Shown here piece by piece: positions 61,493 through 64,000 of a stretch of DNA of 64,000 nt. Made by a program: the position numbers and the translations under genes. The stretch comes from Thermoplasmata archaeon. Its GTDB lineage: Archaea; Thermoplasmatota; Thermoplasmata; Thermoplasmatales; ARK-15. The DNA lies in assembly GCA_039794005.1 (NCBI GenBank), contig JBAMMA010000017.1, positions 144,752-208,751 of the forward strand, written 5' to 3'. Each line of letters begins with the position of its first letter. The first letter of the stretch is position 1. The notes under the pieces are model-generated. The model was not told the DNA's origin and searched no databases. It worked only from the letters and a program-made list of their open reading frames with translations.

Positions 61493-62053
61493 ATGGAAAA
61501 TATTAATGAGATTGATTTTTCAACAGGAATATTAAAGGAATATAAAAAAATACAAGAAAGAAGATTGAGTGACCTTAAAGATTATTTTCATGATCGGAAG
61601 GAGGCAGAAAAAATATTGAATAAAGAAGATCCATTGATTTATAAGGTATATGATGTTATATATGATTATCCAGGTGCTTTGTCTTATTCCGTAACGGAGA
61701 TTATGCCTGGAAAAGTTGGAGATGAGTATTACTTTACGAAGGGCCATTTTCATTCAAAATCCGCAGCTGAAATATACATAGTATATAAAGGAAAAGGTAT
61801 ACTATTGACAGAAAATAGGTCAGGAAACGTTAAAAGTTATAATATGTTCAGAGGAGCAATAATAAATGTTGAGCCAGAATATGCACACAGAAGTGTGAAC
61901 ATAGGAGACGAGCCCCTTGTATTCCTTGCAATATACCCATCCGACGCAGGACATGACTATGAATCCATTAAGGAGAGAGGTTTTTCATATATTGTGGTTG
62001 ATAAAAATGGCCCCACTTTAATAAAAAATGATAAGAAAAAATCAGAAAAATAG
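61493..62053 (+). CDS. cupin-type glucose-6-phosphate isomerase
   Basis: PGKVGDEYYFTKGHFH, EIY, AHRSVNIG, DAGHDY. Confidence 0.9.
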   Translation: MENINEIDFSTGILKEYKKIQERRLSDLKDYFHDRKEAEKILNKEDPLIYKVYDVIYDYPGALSYSVTEIMPGKVGDEYYFTKGHFHSKSAAEIYIVYKGKGILLTENRSGNVKSYNMFRGAIINVEPEYAHRSVNIGDEPLVFLAIYPSDAGHDYESIKERGFSYIVVDKNGPTLIKNDKKKSEK

Positions 62054-62080
62054 ATTAAGGAATAAACAATTCTTTTTATA

Positions 62081-62757
62081 ATGGATTTGGACGAAGTATT
62101 GGAAGAAATCAGAATGGGAAGGCCAATATTAATATACGATTCAGATAATAGAGAAAGGGAAACGGATATAACAATATCATCAAAGTTTGTGACAAAAGAT
62201 ATAATTAAAATGATGAGAAAAGATGGCGGAGGTTTAATTTGTACAACATTGCCTTATTCATATGGAAAAAAGATTGGAATTGATTATTTGGTGGATATAT
62301 TTAAAAAAAGTGGTTACGAGATTTTCCAATATTTATATCCAAATGATATTCCATATGATGAAAAGTCTGCATTTAGCATAACAATAAATCACCGCAGGAC
62401 ATTTACAGGGATTACAGACAATGACAGGGCATTAACAATTTACGAATTCTATAATTTGCTGGAAAAAATTGAAAATATGGACAGGGAAAATGCCATGAAA
62501 GAATTTGGAAGATATTTCAGGTCTCCAGGGCATGTTCATCTATTGCTCGCAAGCGATGAATTGTTGAAAGTTAGAAGGGGACATACTGAACTTTCAACAG
62601 CCCTTATGAAAATGGCTGGTCTCATTCCCAGTGCAACGATTGTGGAGATGATGGGCGATGATGGAAATGCATTGCCAAAGGACCTTGCGAAAAAGTACGC
62701 TGAAAAGAATGGAATGTTTTTTATAGAAGGATCAAAAATAATAGAATGGTGGAATGA

Positions 62758-62770
<13 letters not shown>
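62081..62770 (+). CDS. ribB: 3,4-dihydroxy-2-butanone 4-phosphate synthase
   Basis: DSDNRERETD, GGLIC, TGITDNDRA, FRSPGHV, RRGHTE. Confidence 0.94.
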
Positions 62771-63685
<915 letters not shown>

Positions 63686-63908
63686 ATATAAAAATTTTTA
63701 TTTTTTAAATGGAATAATTCGAACATCTTTATATACTTTGGTGAAAAAATCGATGTCCGAAAATTTTTATTTTTATTGAATGGAAAACTTGTTTTATTAA
63801 TATTATCTATAAATTTATTCATAATAAAATAATATTTTAATGAATAAAAATGAAATTTTAATAAAAAAACTTTAAATATCTAATTTTCCATTCAATTTTG
63901 AAAAACGG
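63686..63908 (+). promoter_or_regulatory. putative CRISPR leader
   Basis: AT-rich non-coding stretch directly before the first repeat, with TATA-like TTTAAATA. Confidence 0.5.
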
Positions 63909-64000
63909 GGTTCCGAAGTACTAGTGAGTATGGAAGTTTCTTCTCTTTGCTTAATGAAATAATAAGTTTGTTGGTTCCGAAGTACTAGTGAGTATGGAAG
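63909..64000 (+). CRISPR. CRISPR array start: two identical 27-28 bp repeats and one spacer, cut by the window end
   Basis: (G)GTTCCGAAGTACTAGTGAGTATGGAAG at 63909-63936 and 63973-64000, separated by a 36-bp unique spacer. Confidence 0.85.

Noticed and set aside
63937-63972. Self-targeting by the CRISPR spacer
   Set aside because: No match noticed in this window by eye; this was not an exhaustive search.

Overview
Very AT-rich archaeal chromosomal DNA, most likely Thermoplasmatota (AGT-EndoV fusion, DUF835 protein, archaeal TFB, RpoF, eL21, uL16, Pcc1, RibL/RibC). Most of the window is housekeeping or metabolic: the pus10-rpl21e-rpoF-DUF655-rsmA cluster, polyamine genes, gcvT, pdxT, tfb, two moeA genes, ilvE, ftsZ, rtcB, tRNA-Asp, a beta-oxidation/ETF cluster, glnA and riboflavin genes. 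The main finding is a compact five-gene minus-strand cluster at 5301-9150 that looks like a minimal type IV secretion/conjugation core (VirB2-like pilin, VirB6-like membrane protein, PrgI/VirB3-like protein, small membrane protein, VirB4-like ATPase). No relaxase, coupling protein or integrase is visible near it. It runs directly into a DNA-repair gene and sits opposite a ribbon-helix-helix-like gene, with five 9-bp tandem repeats between them. It is a candidate domesticated DNA-exchange system like the crenarchaeal Ced/Ted. Features missing from the ORF track include a decayed third copy of a secreted alpha/beta-hydrolase family, an IS256 remnant joined to a pseudogenised copper-export operon, an overlapping uORF on speD, and the start of a CRISPR array at the window end, far from an orphan cas6. 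All family calls come from reading motifs by eye; no searches were run.
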